Assembly (NCBI GenBank): GCA_030704615.1
Contig: CM060731.1
Coordinates: 81,034,001 to 81,098,000 of the forward strand
Origin: Takakia lepidozioides
Lineage: Eukaryota; Plantae; Bryophyta
DNA length: 64,000 nucleotides
Direction: 5' to 3'
This document shows, one piece after another, positions 39,965-60,750 of this stretch; within the stretch, counting starts at the first letter, position 1; each line of letters opens with the position of its first letter. Under the pieces are notes generated by a model. The model ran no database searches, was not told the origin of the DNA, and was given only the letters and a program-made list of their open reading frames with translations. The position numbers and the translations under genes are program-made.

Positions 39965-42682
39965 ATCACAAGTAGGATGGACAGATCAGACAACTAAATA
40001 GCTTGCATTTTTGTTAAATACTTTTCACTCCACTTCTCGAGTGATCAATTCAAAGTCGATCATTCTCAGTCACATCTATTCAACAAAGATGTCTTTGTGC
40101 AAAGTATTTTCCTCTCATTCAAACTTCGTATGTCTTTCATTGTTGTTTCATGAACACCCTAAAGTTTGCCTTCAATGTACCATTTCTATGTGCTTTATGA
40201 AGAGCTTGACTAATGACATTTCTGATTTTGTACCAATGTTCATATACCCCCATATGAATATAATATACCAATACCATACTCATATACAATCCATTTTACA
40301 TATTCTCTTACCGTATTGATACCATTGATACATTACAAGGTGATACCTGCCACCATACCCTTACCAGCTTGGTATGATGCATAAGGAATGAGATCCTTCG
40401 TACCAGGACCAGTCTGGTATTTAAAAAATACATATATGGGTCCAATATATGGGTCCGACATTGGTGCGGACATCACAAGCACGCAACAATGATGACTGTG
40501 ATCACATACGGCCATGTATGAATATGTATGACTATATGTGAAGATGCGTCACTATCAGGGGCCATGTGTCATGATGGGATGGTGGGTGCTACCTAAATCA
40601 TAACCGATTTTTAGAGCCGACTTGCTAACGTGGCCTGTTTCTACTGGATTTGAGGAGGGGTGCTTTATGTGGTATTCTATGACCTACTAGGTTTTAACTA
40701 CTTACACGACTTGGTAGGTCCTGGCTCCCTGCTATATCCGGTGGTGGTAGGTCGGTACAAGGGTTAATTGACTCGCTCGCTGCCCTAAAAACCGGTTATG
40801 TCCGGTAGCGCTTGAGAGGAGCCCGTGCTATCGGATATAGCAGGTCGCCATGACACCTCGCCGCTAACGCGGCTCGGTAGGTCCTGGCTCCTGCTATATC
40901 CGGTAGCAAGGCTCCTCTCGAATGCTACCTAGTCCATGTATTACGGCGAGGCGAGCGGGTATATTGTTACATGATAATATATTACGGTTTGAGTTGGCCA
41001 GCCCTGGTTGAGGCCCAAGCCGGGCGCATTCAACTCCGGGCCTTTTCCCTATTATAGAACCAATATTTTCCTCCCGCCTACATGCATGAATCAATCGGAC
41101 AGAAGGCAACCTTTCCACAGAGGGGGCATGTGACTGGGTTACTTGTGCCTCTGCTTATTTCCCTGCAGGCTCCATAGCCCCCAGGTACATCTGCCTCCAT
41201 CCCAATCAATCACTCCAATTTTATAACATCCCCATAACGATAACGACCCCCTGAATACCAGGGCATAACATTCTACCCTTACCTTACTGATGATTGTCAA
41301 GCGAACCGCATGTATGTAACAGAGAGCGACTGGCGAAACAAAGACATTGCAAACCCACTTTAAATAGTAACTAGTTGAGACCAGTTTCCGTTACAGTAAT
41401 GTGAGTTGCAAGCCCTAATAATCCTACTAACAATAAAAACCAATGGTATAAAAGCCTGCAGCCAATCCCCTCCCTTCTCTATCTAAGCACGACGCTTTTA
41501 CATCCCAGCGAAGAATCCTCGCCCTCGCTTCTCTCCTAATCTCACGGACGTAATGGCTCGCTTTCCGACCGTCGATCCTCCAAGATCCAAAAGATCTGGT
41601 CGGACTCACTAACCCTCACTAACGCTGCCATAACTTGTCACTAAACTGGGCAGCAGGTCACTAAAGAGGCGCCCCATATAATACTCGCCACCACGTGGCC
41701 CCATATCATGCCCTCACTGTGCCCTAATCGTGGGCTCACCCTCGCTGTATCTTGGCGCTTCATTCTAGTCAGCCAACAGTCGGATCGGCGCTGTCAGACC
41801 CTCAACTAATGGGATATTTTTAACTCTCCATCTACCTCGGACTTGATGAGAAAATTTGTGGTAATTATGAGAAAATATCCCACTGTAACTCCAGAGTGGG
41901 CCAGATATTACTAAAACACCATACAAATATATAATTAAAATAATCCAGGCACGTGTGTGGGCAACCGGGAAACCCCCGACCTGCGCTGTGGCAGCCCGGC
42001 TGGCACTTCCCGGCGGGCACCTTCTGCCCCTGCGCTCATTACTCAGTCCCCGGATTTGTCTTGATGCGACGTCGTCGCATTGACCGTTCCACGCAGATTG
42101 CACCTCCTTTGACTGCCCGTTGACTAAGGTCAACGACTGCTGCCCGGCCAGCATCCTGAACGCCGGGAAGTGTGTCAGATCCCGGGCATGCCCGATTTCA
42201 GACGGAAAGTTGTTCAACGTTATTTCTGAACCGTATGTACTCGGCAAGTACAGAACACTACATACACGGAAGCGTACATGGGAGCGAGACGTATAGCCTT
42301 GTTTTGCCATACCGCGGGAGGGCCCACAGTAAACTGCGGAGCCAAACACCTCGTGTAAACACCAACCGCTGGCGTGACGTGGCAGACCCAGCAGATAAAA
42401 ACATTACTTTTCGGGTGGCGGGCTGACGAACCACCGAACAACACGCTGCTAGCATCTTTGAGAATGAGATCTCCTTTACGTACATCCATGACCGCTCACA
42501 TCCATCCAGGCTCCAGAAAAGTCATCCCCGGGCAACATGTAACGCGACCCATATTGGAAGGTACATAATATTCCGCAGTGAGTATTATGCGACGGAGAAA
42601 ATAAACGAAGGGGGCATATATACCGTTAGCGCGTATTAATGTCGCGTTGCGGCTCCTTTATCCTACCCCCGCCCGAGGCGCG

Positions 42683-42930
42683 CCTCATGTCCCCCTCTCA
42701 TTCCTTAACACGGAACATGGGATATTTGGTCATGTACTGCGCCAGTAATGGGATTAAGACCCCTGTCGGTGTATTAAACGGGCCTAGTTTCCGCGAAGCC
42801 ACGACTGCGCGGCAGGCTTTTGATCGGCGCAGTTACTGCGCCTGCCCCGCGCCACGCTGCCCGGCCCTGCCCCTGCCCACCCGACCGTCTCTGACACCAC
42901 CTGCCCTAACCGCGGTCAGCTGCTGTAGTT
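42683..42930 (+). repeat. Dispersed GC-rich repeat, copy 2 (homologous to 27423-27690)
   Basis: See copy 1. Core at 42794-42844. Confidence 0.85.
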
Positions 42931-43196
42931 AACTGCAGGTCACCTAACCGGGGGCCTTCGGTATCCGAGGACCGAGGGTATGACCGCCGGCAGCGCTATA
43001 TCCGCCGGGTCCAATTTTAAATTTTGTTTAGTATTAGATTATATTAGACGTAAACTGTCCTGTCAAATCTTGACTCCGGGCGGAGGGGACGGGCTGTACG
43101 GTTATATCCCACGGTCCACCCGGCGAAAGTGTGGGCGCTTGATAGAGAGATGTCCTCCGATATGAATTGTCTTGGCTGAGAATCGATGGTTGTGGC

Positions 43197-43320
43197 GATC
43201 GTCGAGATTATTCGTCGATCCTCTGAGACGGATCCCAGACCCTCGTCGATGATCGTTTGACTGTGACGATCGTCGAGATTATTCGTCGATCCTGTGAGGC
43301 TGGTCGACGACGAGATTGAT
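43197..43320. repeat. Short CpG-rich direct repeat upstream of the Expp1-like gene
   Basis: gatcgtcgagattattcgtcgatcct occurs at 43197 and 43268. Confidence 0.85.
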
Positions 43321-43619
43321 CCATCAGGTTGTGATTTGAACAGACCGTTCCCCGAGCTGCACTCTGTCTCGGTTCACTACATGAGAAGTTTGAAATCACA
43401 CACATCCCCTTCCATTTCGTCGGGTCTTAAGTCCTTGCTTCTCTCTCTCTCTCTCTGTCCCAGTTTTTTCTGTTCGAGTAAACAATGGCGATCACAGTTT
43501 CCTTTTGGACAAGGCGTACTGTGAACACAGAGGCGCACAAATTTCCCTGGAGAGAAAATTATGCATACAGATGCCAAGAGTATGGGGCTTGGTCAGGCCC
43601 AAATGTGAAAGGGTGGGCA

Positions 43620-46302
43620 ATGCAGTGGCTACGGCTTCTACTGCTGGGTTGTCTACAAGTTAGTTACACCTACTTTAAGACCACCAGATTTCATTCTTTT
43701 ATGTTTCTGTCCTTACAGGAGAATTTTTTACGGTAGCTACAGTTTCCTCGGCCCTTTCTGCCTCGAATGCACGGAAAGAGAAGGGAGAGGGAGGTCCCCA
43801 CATTGGAAATATTTTCAAGAGTGCTGCACATTTGAGCCATCGTTGTGTGGTCATAGATGGAGAGAAAGAGAGAGAGTGCAGGAGATTCTCACTGGATCTC
43901 TTCAATGCACAGACTACATTGGTGCAGATAGCGCGAGCAAGTTTATACACAGCGTACACAGATACCAACCCGGTAATCAATCCGTGTACTCAGCTCATGC
44001 CTCTAGCTCAAGGTGATGCCATCTCTATTGCAGTGGCCCTGGGGGGCTCCCGTACTTTGTGGTACAACCAGTCTGATCCAACACAAAATCTGCTATCTCC
44101 CTGCAGCCCTTCCATAATTGCAGTGAGTGCTACAACCTCTCCCTTTTCTGTACTTGAGAAAGACTGGATAGTTTTCATTACAATATGTCTACATTTTGAA
44201 TGGGCTGGGGAGGTGAAAAGTGAGTGAAGATTGGGAACGACTTTGAGGGGACCGAAAGGAGGGGGAGGGGGGAGGGTGTGTGGAATGCACCTAGTGTTTG
44301 TAACTCTCAATTTTCATGGGAGGGGGTGGGTACAGCAAGTTCCACAAGGAGCACAAGTAGCAGTGTTCCGGCCCATGGTGGACCAGTTGAGTCTCCTTCA
44401 GATCCAGAATGACAGCCTTCTCGCAATCGCTTCAACTGTACGCCCCACTTACGGACAAATTTTTCGTCATAGAGCCTCTTGACTAGGATACTGTAAGGCT
44501 CAGTGAAACTAGGGCACCATTGTCTGGATGGGTTGTATATGTGTGTGTTGCCCAAGACTAGTAGGCTGCAGAGCAACCTAATCCATGGACCAACTGTTAG
44601 GAGGTGACGAACATCATGAGAGTTTTAGCCAATGCAAGCCGAGAGAGAGAGAGAACTGGATTTATTCATATGAGGGAGGGACACAAAGTAGAACAACATC
44701 AAGGGAAAGGAAAGGCAAGGAGCTCTAACATCCACAGGAAGGTCAAAGAGTTCATGGAACAAAAGAAGGAACCACAAAACGAGAGAGACAAGAGAGACTT
44801 TATATACCAGATACCAATCAACAGTACATTAGTCGGGTGAGTGAAAACTCTGGGACCTAGTTTGCAGCCACTTTTAATTTATTCAGCAGTATTGCACTTT
44901 GAGCTGGAGTAGTTTTTCCGGTTCTACACTGGGTGCAGTTCTCTGGAGAAGCAAGCTTGATCGTCTATGCTGGCTACAATTCAACATATGACAACTCGAC
45001 AATTGTATCTAGTCCCCGCACTATCTCCACTCCCGTTGTAAGTCTCTCTCTCTCTCCCTCTGTTTGTGTGTGTGTGTGTGTGTGTTCCTGACCACTGTTA
45101 TCAGGATGTAGTTTCCATAGCTGAATATTCTACCATTGACATACCGCATAACTAGCTGTTGGTGTTGACTGTAATCAGTGCAGCATGACAATCACAGTCA
45201 TGTACAGAACAGAAGCTGTGGAGAAGGACAGATCTACATTTCTTATATCCAGAGGAAACAGTACATAGAGATCTCTCCCACTCTTATAAGAGCAAAAGGA
45301 AACAAAAACTAGAGCCTCTCCACCTTTTCCTGAAATTTCCAGGTTGACCTCCAGGGCTATGGTGGGAAGCAATCTTGTGCCGTGTCTCTTTGCAAGGCTT
45401 CCGGCAGGATTTAAATCTGGTTTCTAGTTGTTCCACTGTTTTTTTTCATGAGGTATTATCTCATGAGTTCTGGGGATGTTTGTGGGTCTTCTCTCCAAGA
45501 ACTGGAGCTCACCATGAGCTGTGACTACATCCTGGTACTAAGAGTGCAGGGGAATTCTGATGGGGGAACAGGGTACAGTCGCAGGTTTGCTACTTGTCAT
45601 GAACTTTGCTACAGGCATGCTCACGAACCTTTCTTGGTATTTTTCTTTCTCTACTGCTTCAATACACAATGTGCCACAGTAATAATTTCATTCCGAATCA
45701 GCATAGAGCACTAATCTATGCAGCTGTAATACTTCACAGGCATGATGATAATTGCGCATCCTGTGGAAATAGCAGTGCCCTGTGCATGAACAACAACTGT
45801 GCCACTGATATCAATACCTGTAGCGCTTCCAACGACACCACTTTGTGCTTGACTCGAGTATGCCTCGCTTCCCACCTCCCACCTCCCACACCCCTAAAGC
45901 TGACTGAATATCTCTCAATGCTAGTACATCTACTGCAGCAGGTCCCCTAGGAGTGCTTGCAGTACATGTAGAGCAAACTCCAGCATACCCTGACGGTCCA
46001 AATGAGAGCTCTGGTCAAGCACACTCATAAACCCACAGGGAATGACACAGGGGGAAAGGATGGAACTTAAAGAGAATAGAGAGATCACATGAAGACAGCT
46101 GAATGTTGGGCGGGCGCAGATCAATGTGGCGTACTCGGGCACAGACAGAAACAGCCTAAGTTTCATGTCATGGATGAATGTGGAAAATGTGGGCAAGTAC
46201 TCCTTATCTTCACTATACAACAAAGCAGGAAGTATCCTTCAACAAGGGGTTACCAGCATTGTTGGAAATGGCAACAATGTGGGTACTGGAGGCACTCCAT
46301 AG
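43620..46302 (+). CDS. Secreted Cys-rich Expp1-like protein (At3g44150/At3g11800-type family), 7 exons, about 266 aa; alternative upstream ATG at 43485
   Basis: Exons 43620-43658, 43928-44122, 44336-44437, 44939-45037, 45572-45636, 45740-45857, 46120-46302 (801 nt, phase-consistent). Signal peptide MQWLRLLLLGCLQIARA. Family motifs DTNPVINPC, LSPC, QVAVFRPMVDQLSLL, LVMNFATGMLTNLSW, CASC..C..C..C..C, INVAYSGTD, SW.NVENV.KYSL..LY. Most exons are not recovered as coherent ORFs in the ORF track. Confidence 0.8.
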
Positions 46303-48979
46303 CTACCAGTGGAGAACATGGTGATGGGCACTGACTGCATCCCCAACTCTTGTCACATGCTGACGGTGAGGTTCTCTCTTCCAATAAATATGTATACATG
46401 GACGCACTGTCATGTAAGGTTGGTATGATGTCCAATTTGTCATGATTCACATAACATGCTCAACATGCATGATACCGCTCACACAACAAGTGCAAAAAAT
46501 ATGAATCAGCCATAACCTTCCGATCCTTCAATGATCAGAACCCTTTCTGAAAGAAAAATCAGCAAGTTACCTCATCCAGTTAGTCTTATCTATAATTGCT
46601 GGCAGCTTCTTGGTGGATTGATGAGGAAAAAAGGAGCTAGTTCCTGAATCACTCTGATTGGTTTGGGGCATCCACAGGGCCAAAAGCAATAAAGATTAAA
46701 GGCAATGAGCTACAAGAAGGCAAAAATTTTGGAAGCACAAAACATGTATAAGACGAACGCTGTACACTGAGCATCTCATTTTCCACCATACAGACATGTC
46801 CCTCAAATGAAGGGATCAGCACATATGGTGAGTACACAGGGTTTCTCCCCCTCTGATAGGATGGTAGGAAAGTGGGTTACAAGACTTCCCATTTGATGCT
46901 TGTCATCCAACTCTGGCAACAGCACGACACTCTTGTCCGTATCATCTGTGCAACCACAGCCTTCGTTAACCTGAAGGTTTCACACCTTGAAAATAATCGT
47001 AGTACTATACACAGCCAACCACATCTTCATTGATACACACTAGATTGTGCTTGTTCAAGCGTTCTAAGCAAAGACACCATTGAATGGAGCAGATGGAAGG
47101 GAATTCATTCTCAGAACAAGTAGAGTATAATGATTCCCACTCCTTGGAAAGCCATCTCCAGCTATCTCAATGCTTGGAGAGAAGATCAAAGCAAAAATAA
47201 ATCCAATTTCACAATACCAACCCAGTCATTGGCAGAAATTCCCCACAGTAGCTGCACAAAAGAGTGCGCCTGAAGATGAGACCTACCCAGTAGGGATGAC
47301 TGAAAAAGAGCACTGACCTGCTGCTCCAAGATAACAATGAAGCCACACCAATTGTCAAGGTCTACATATTTCCCTTCCTCTCCCACCGTTCTTTTGTGTC
47401 CAGCCTGCAATATGATACTTATGTCAAAAAAGGGGAGGAGCAGACAGAGAGAAGAGAAGTAAACCATGCATCACTAACCTTGCAACCATAAAACCTGAAC
47501 TCATTTTCGACACAGAGAGCATAATTTGTTCAGGTAATCGCATCCTTAACCACAGAGAGGATGTTGAGAGAAGATGGTAGGAAATATGGTTTACCCCCAA
47601 TGTAGTTTCTGCCGTTTTTTCCTGCTTGTTGGGATCGCCTCCTGGGTAAACACCAACCAAGGTTTACTCAAAAATCTTCCTCCATATCTCTAAATATGAT
47701 CCAGCCACTCCTGACTTCTCCGTTTCTCTCCCCTGTCAATCCAATGTGTCACGTGTGTCCCAGCTAGAGGGTGTCTTTCAATCATGCCAGCTGTATGTGA
47801 GCACATGGCAATTTCAGGCTGTCTCACATACCCTGGTGGGCTGAAATCTGACACCCAGCTATGGCGGGGTTGGTATCCGGCAGGGACTACGCTATTCTCA
47901 CATTCTGTCTCACACACATCCACACAGTCTGCCAGAGTCTATCATTAACAGTAAAAAGACTGCAGATGCAGGGAGGGAAGCAGTGCTGGTTGTACTTTCA
48001 ACCTCAATCTTCAATATCTTAAATATCCTGAGTTACTTGGGCAGTTGATGTTTAGATTTGTGCATGGGTTAATCTGATGGGATGACTTGAAGATTTCTGA
48101 CACCTCTCTTAGCAATTTCACAAGAATCAGCCTGAAAATGTTTTTGCTGACATAACCATAGACCTACAAAAGTGAAGAATGATTTGATGGTCTTACATTT
48201 GGTAAGAAAAAAGGCTGATGTGCTACATGGCCTCCACTTCCAACATGAGCACTGTCTTGGATCTCACATGATGACAATTTGGGAGCCTCAGTAGATTTAC
48301 CGCTACTGGCTACGTATTGCTTTTCCAAATCTGGTCCGCGGTTTGACAGTCCTTCGGCTGTTCACAAGCCACAGTCAGTACCACGGCCAAGTGCCCTTCT
48401 CTCCTTTTGATGCATCTGCAGAAGCTAATCTCAAAAGAATTCCAGGACCCAGAATGGGTACCAGCGTCAAAAAATGCTGCAGAGTGTCTTTATGTATTGC
48501 AACTTGTGTAAGCACCGGTCAAAGGAAAAAGCTACTAAATTGACGTAAATACCAGAACAAGGAGGTGAGACGCGAGCTTTCTTTTGGTGAGAGCCTGGAT
48601 AATTCTTCTTCAATTGCAACCGCCGCTTCCGCAGTTCCTAAACCAGCCATACAAATGCAGAAGACAATTGAACTGACATTTCCGTCTTACCAAGCAATTC
48701 TGATTTGGCCCTTGCCAAGTAGCTCCAGCTATCATGAGAAACATAAATCTTGGTCCTAAGTCTCTAGCAGATGTCTGTTGTCTGCGACTCTCACTTAGTG
48801 CCGTCACAGTAGCCTAACTTGTAGCCTACTTGTCGAATCAAATAAACACACCACTTTATCCTGGCATAAATTCAACATCTCAATGAATTAACTTTCAGAT
48901 TACTTAATTTCCTGTCAGCCCACCAATCATATTATTATGTCCTCAACCCTAACCCATCTGTTTGGGTTCAGGCTCGGTC

Positions 48980-49330
48980 TGACTCCCTGTGATGACCTAG
49001 TATGGCCCAAAGCTCCTGAGATGACTACAAAATTGAGAAACTAACTGAGCAAAGGGTCATAACGAACGTATGATTTGATTCTATGTTCAGATGGCATATC
49101 GTGCAAACCCTATCACCTTTGAGGGAGCGCAGACAACTCCATGTGTTCAGTTTGGTGTCACCTACTACTATCCTTGCGTTGAATTTCCTGATTAAAACTA
49201 TTAACCATTTCGGTGCGCTCCAATCGCACATAATTGGCGGTCTAAGCTTGCAACACTTCACGTACGAACGGCCCCTTCTCTCTCAATCCCATCCAACCTC
49301 CTCTATCATAACTTCAACATAAGAAATAAC
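48980..49330 (-). mobile_element. LINE retrotransposon C-terminal zinc-knuckle (zf-RVT-like) remnant
   Basis: LKGDRVCTICHLNIESNHTFVMTLC resembles C..C....ES..H....C. Degenerate. Confidence 0.45.
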
Positions 49331-50570
49331 CGGATCTTGAGACAGGTAGAGAAAACAGAGAGAATGAGAAGTGACCTCCACAAACTGGAGATGATGGCCA
49401 CCAAAATTTGAAATTCCAAAGCCAGGAGGTACAAACCAAGAGATCCAACCCACCTCAAGCTTACGTAGCTGCTCACTGGTTACCCATTTTTTACAAACAA
49501 CCCCATCACCAGCCTGCGTGTGGGAGACCTCCACCTCCTCGCACTCGCCCTGCATTGCCATCCCTGCCCCTTGCAGTCGCAGTCCTCCACAGCCTTCCAA
49601 GGCGAGGCAAGCAGGGGATACTTCGATAGAATATCCCTACTACAGAAGGAATAACTGTAAGAAGTATATACTCCTACAGAAGAAATCACTGTAAGCAGTA
49701 TACATAACCTAATAAGGATGTACTCCTGATATGCTTAGTGACAGCTATCCACGTGTCGATTGACGAAACCCGTACTTGATACGACACGTGGCTTGTGACC
49801 ACCTTAAGGCTCGGTGGCTCGTACACGTGACGATGGCCCAAGGTGGAGAAAGGCTTGACGAGGCCTCGGTGGGCCGGAGTGATCAAGACCTGAGAGTGGG
49901 TGTGGATTGCATGGGGCTGTGGAGCTGACGACTCAAGAGAGGAGATTTCAAGTAAGTAAGTTGCAGATCCGGGGAGTGGTGCATGCGCACAAACTATGAG
50001 CAATCAGATTTCTTCCTAGACAGTTTCCTGGAGAGATTTTGGCTTACAAGGTGTGGTGTGGTCTCACACTATTGATTTCCTGCCGTTTTCGTTTCGAAGG
50101 AGAAGGCATAATCGAGATATTCAGACAAAGAATGCAGTGTGCATATCGACACATTTCGCGTTACGTTCTTGCAGTACGAACACTCTTGAGTGAGTCGCAT
50201 GAACCAGCTTGGAGTTCAGAGGTAATTTTCAATGGACCCACACGCCTGAATATGGTCCAAATCATTATGTGACTCTTGCATACTCGTGTGCGATCAACAG
50301 GTAAGGGATTTGAAATGGATGTAGCATATACAGTGTACTTTGTTCTCATTTTATTTCTCTGCCACTTGAATTTTGACCCTGGAATGCTGTCATGGTGGTC
50401 TCCATTTCTATCTCGCTCTCAAATCTTGGATCTGTCTGTTGTCTCACACGGACACCCGCATTTTCTCTGATTGTCTCTCTCTCCCTCTCTCTCTCTCTCT
50501 CACTGTCTCCTCCACTCATGGCTTACGCAACCTTTTGCAACTGGGGCAGGAGGAGAAAAAAACAGCAGCG

Positions 50571-51974
50571 ATGGGCTCCGATAGTGAACCGGGAGTAGCT
50601 ACAGCATGGGCCGGGGGAGGAGAGAGTCGAAAGTACCCAATCACATTTGGCTATGCGAAGGTGAAGGGACTTCGGCATCACCCAATCGAGGACTACCATG
50701 TTGCACGAATGCAGCAGTTTCAAGGTGATGAGATAGGGTTATTCGCTGTGTACGATGGCCATGCTGGTACTCGGGTGGCATCCTATCTGGAGGAGAAATT
50801 GCTTGATAACATTTTGAATCATCCAAAGCTTTTTGCAAACCCAGAGAAGGCCATTACTGATGTCTTTACTTCCACTGATAAAAGGTATCTCTATCACTCT
50901 TTGTTTTCATCATCGAGAGTTCTTTTCCTTCTCCGACAATGCCTCTCTTTGAATCATGGCGTGCTTGCCACGTAATGCTTGACTTTCTCTGTCCAGTCCC
51001 TCTCCTCCTGTCCAGTTCTTGGCAGGCGTTCCAGGTTCTGGTTGCCCGCACTAATATTTCCAACAATGTGTGTGCAGGATATTGCATAAGGGTGAGGAGA
51101 ATTTAAATTACAGAGCCGGTTCCACAGCTACCATAGCGTTGTTGCTGGATAAAGGGAGCCGGCTTATAGTAGCAAATGTGGGTGACTCCCGGGCAGTTCT
51201 ATCGCGAGGTGGCCAGGCCATTGAGCTCAGCGTTGACCACGAACCTCAGAAACCCCATGAGCGGATGATGGTACTCCACCTCTCCCCTTCTTGACATCCA
51301 ATTACACATTTCTGAATGCCTACAGGGTAGACCGCCGAGCAGTCTCCTATCTGAGTTCCCCAGGCCCCTCTGCTTTTTATCTCTCTGCCAGTGTCATCCG
51401 TCATGTTACAGTCTGGTAAGTCCATGTCAATCTTGCAAATAGACTCTGTTGGGTGTGAAGAGCTGTGGCAGTCCCATACGAGGTAATCTCTCAACTGGAC
51501 AGATTGCAAAGCAGTGTTTGGTAAAGACTGCAACATCCTTCCTGCCTTCTCTCCCCTTTCCTTCTTCAGAGGTAAGGTCATGGAGGTAAGCTTTTGGGAC
51601 TGTGGACTGTTCAGATAGAGTCCAAGGGGGGAGAAGTTACCAAATCTGCCCAAGGTGGGTGTTACCGGGTGGACCACAGATTGAACATGTCGCGAGCCTT
51701 TGGGGATTACAAAATCAAAGAGCACTTGTCTGTGCAACCTGACATCTGCGACAAAAGCTTGTATACAGAAGATGAGTTCTTCATCATTGCAAGCGATGGA
51801 TTATGGAAAGTGATGGGCAGCCAGAGTGCGGTAGATTTAGTGCGCCTTGAAAAAGATGCCCAAGGAGCTGCCAAGGTCTTGGCTGCAGCTGCTTTAAAAT
51901 ATGGAAGCAGTGATGATATTGCATGTCTGGTGGTTTGTCTCACAAATTTGGAGAAGATAGATGCGGACTTCTGA
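50571..51974 (+). CDS. Protein phosphatase 2C (clade F-like), 3 exons, about 288 aa
   Basis: Exons 50571-50884, 51078-51270, 51615-51974 (867 nt). Motifs [59 protein letters not shown]. Confidence 0.93.
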
Positions 51975-53096
51975 AGAAGCTCAACTGTACATAGGAGAGA
52001 CCTTTTCACAAGTGCTCTCAAATCTCCTCCACAAGCTCAGATCGGCTTTTCCAGATCCTTTTCAGTACTGATTCTTCTGTTGTTCATGAGAGAGATGAAT
52101 CCACCTGTTCAAACCTCTGGAGAGTACGGGGAATTGGAGAATCTCCGGTTGTCTGTCTCTCTCTAGCAGGGCTGCCACACATGTGCTAACTCTGCCTGAT
52201 GTGGCTGACACCCTTTTGACAAGGTGATCCTGTGTCCAGAGTTGGGAAATGCGTTTTTGCGCACTATTTGATAGTGTGCGCAGGGAGAGTCCTTATTTCA
52301 TACACACAGATCGTCTGAATATCCTTTAAATGTGAACTTTGAAGTTAGTGGCATCTGTGTGCCCACAAATGATTCTCTTCAGATTTTTCCACCATGAAGT
52401 GAATAAAGAAAAAGTTTTGCAAAATCCTTTGGGGCTACCCACTCTTTACTCTTTTATTTCGTTGCATCCTTTTGCAAACAACCCCCAGGTATCTGCAATC
52501 GTCTCAATGTGAAAGAATGGTGTATATCTAAAACTCAGGAACCACGACTAGGGGAGAGTATCTCAAATCCCTGTCTAGCAACACAGCTCTAGTGAGTCAA
52601 GTCACACACCTCCTAATTTTGAGCTAACTTATGTCAGGAACAAATTAAGAATATTTTCTTTGCAACCGTCTGGCAATTCCAAGAACCTCTGAAAAAATTA
52701 TTTGGACAATCTTTCTTTCTCAATTCCACAGGGAATTTGATTCACATCAAATTCTTTGATTCTCCAACCACCATGATCCCACTATATGCATGTCACATCT
52801 GTTTGTTCTTGACCCAGTTCCTCATTATGGTCGCCAAATGTCGAGCGACTTTTACTCACCCAGCCCTTCGCTATCCTAGGTGGGAACTCCAAGATAGAAG
52901 AGTTGGAAATCTCTAAGCACTCAGCCCGCTCAGAACAATCAGTCATGACCTACAGCTAGTGTATCATGGGGGTGCTTCCGTTTTGTATTCCTTCTCGCAT
53001 TCATGTTAGCAAGTTACCTTACTGTCTATAATTAAATATCAGATTGCTTCAGCAATCTAAGAGGGAAAGAAAAAATACAGGGGTTAGAGACATCTG

Positions 53097-59820
<6,724 letters not shown>

Positions 59821-60750
59821 TCAACTCGATGGTTAATCCAGGAAGGAATTTTCAATGCTGAACCTTTGCAGACCTTCAATCAGACCTCTGAAAAACTCAG
59901 AGGAACACCGTTCGTACTTTTAAAAGAACGTCGAGACAAGCTCAAAACCACCAGCAATCGGGATGGAAGAAACCTCAGAGATCAACTCCGAAGTACATTA
60001 TTGAAAGCAGATCGGGAGACAGCAAGAAGATGATTGCAAACAGTAAAGTGCAGAGCGCGGGGGATAGAAAAGTGCGAGCTCATCTCCCGCATAGCTCTGA
60101 AGAGCGACCACGTCAGGTCAAGTCAGAGCGCCCACGGTCGCACGGCGGCGCTTCTTCCGGTCATCCCGTGGTTCACGACCGGTGACACCCGGCGACCAGA
60201 ATGTGGAGACCGGCAAAAGCCGGTGGCTGGCTGACCCGGCAACTTTGGCGTGCGCCCTCGGTGGACACGAGCCCTAATTAGTAGGTGTAGTAGTGCACTG
60301 TGTGCTACCCAGGTGATTCGGGGTTCGAATCCTATCACCTTGTCGTGTGTGCTTTAGAATTAGGGTGAATAAATAAGTCGTCTCTCCCGATTTGCAGCGC
60401 AGCTGTTCCCGAGGATTTTTTCAGTAGAATGTCAGGCAAGCACACATCAATCATGTTTTAACCTTTCATTCCTTTAAAATTCAACAATCTATAGTTTTGT
60501 GGTTAATATTTAGAATTTCAATGCGTGTGCCTGCGGTGGGGCCCGCGTGTAGGAGAGGGTTCGCATAAGGTGGGAGCGCCCTTATCCTTCCGAGGGTTCC
60601 CTACGACATAGTATGCTTAGTTCGCTGTTGGGTCTGCCGGACCCGGCGAGTCTCTGGGGCCATTAACACATAAAACATGTACTGGCAATGCACATGAAAC
60701 ATTAGTTATTTCGAAGATTTGTAGAAAGCAACGAGTAGTGTGGTGGTTAA

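Noticed and set aside
40720-40732. miR160-like cctggctccctg
   Set aside because: Only a partial match, no precursor hairpin, and it is part of a local repeat.
60280-60340. tRNA gene (GGTTCGAATCC B-box)
   Set aside because: No convincing cloverleaf or A-box; at most a tRNA/SINE-derived fragment.
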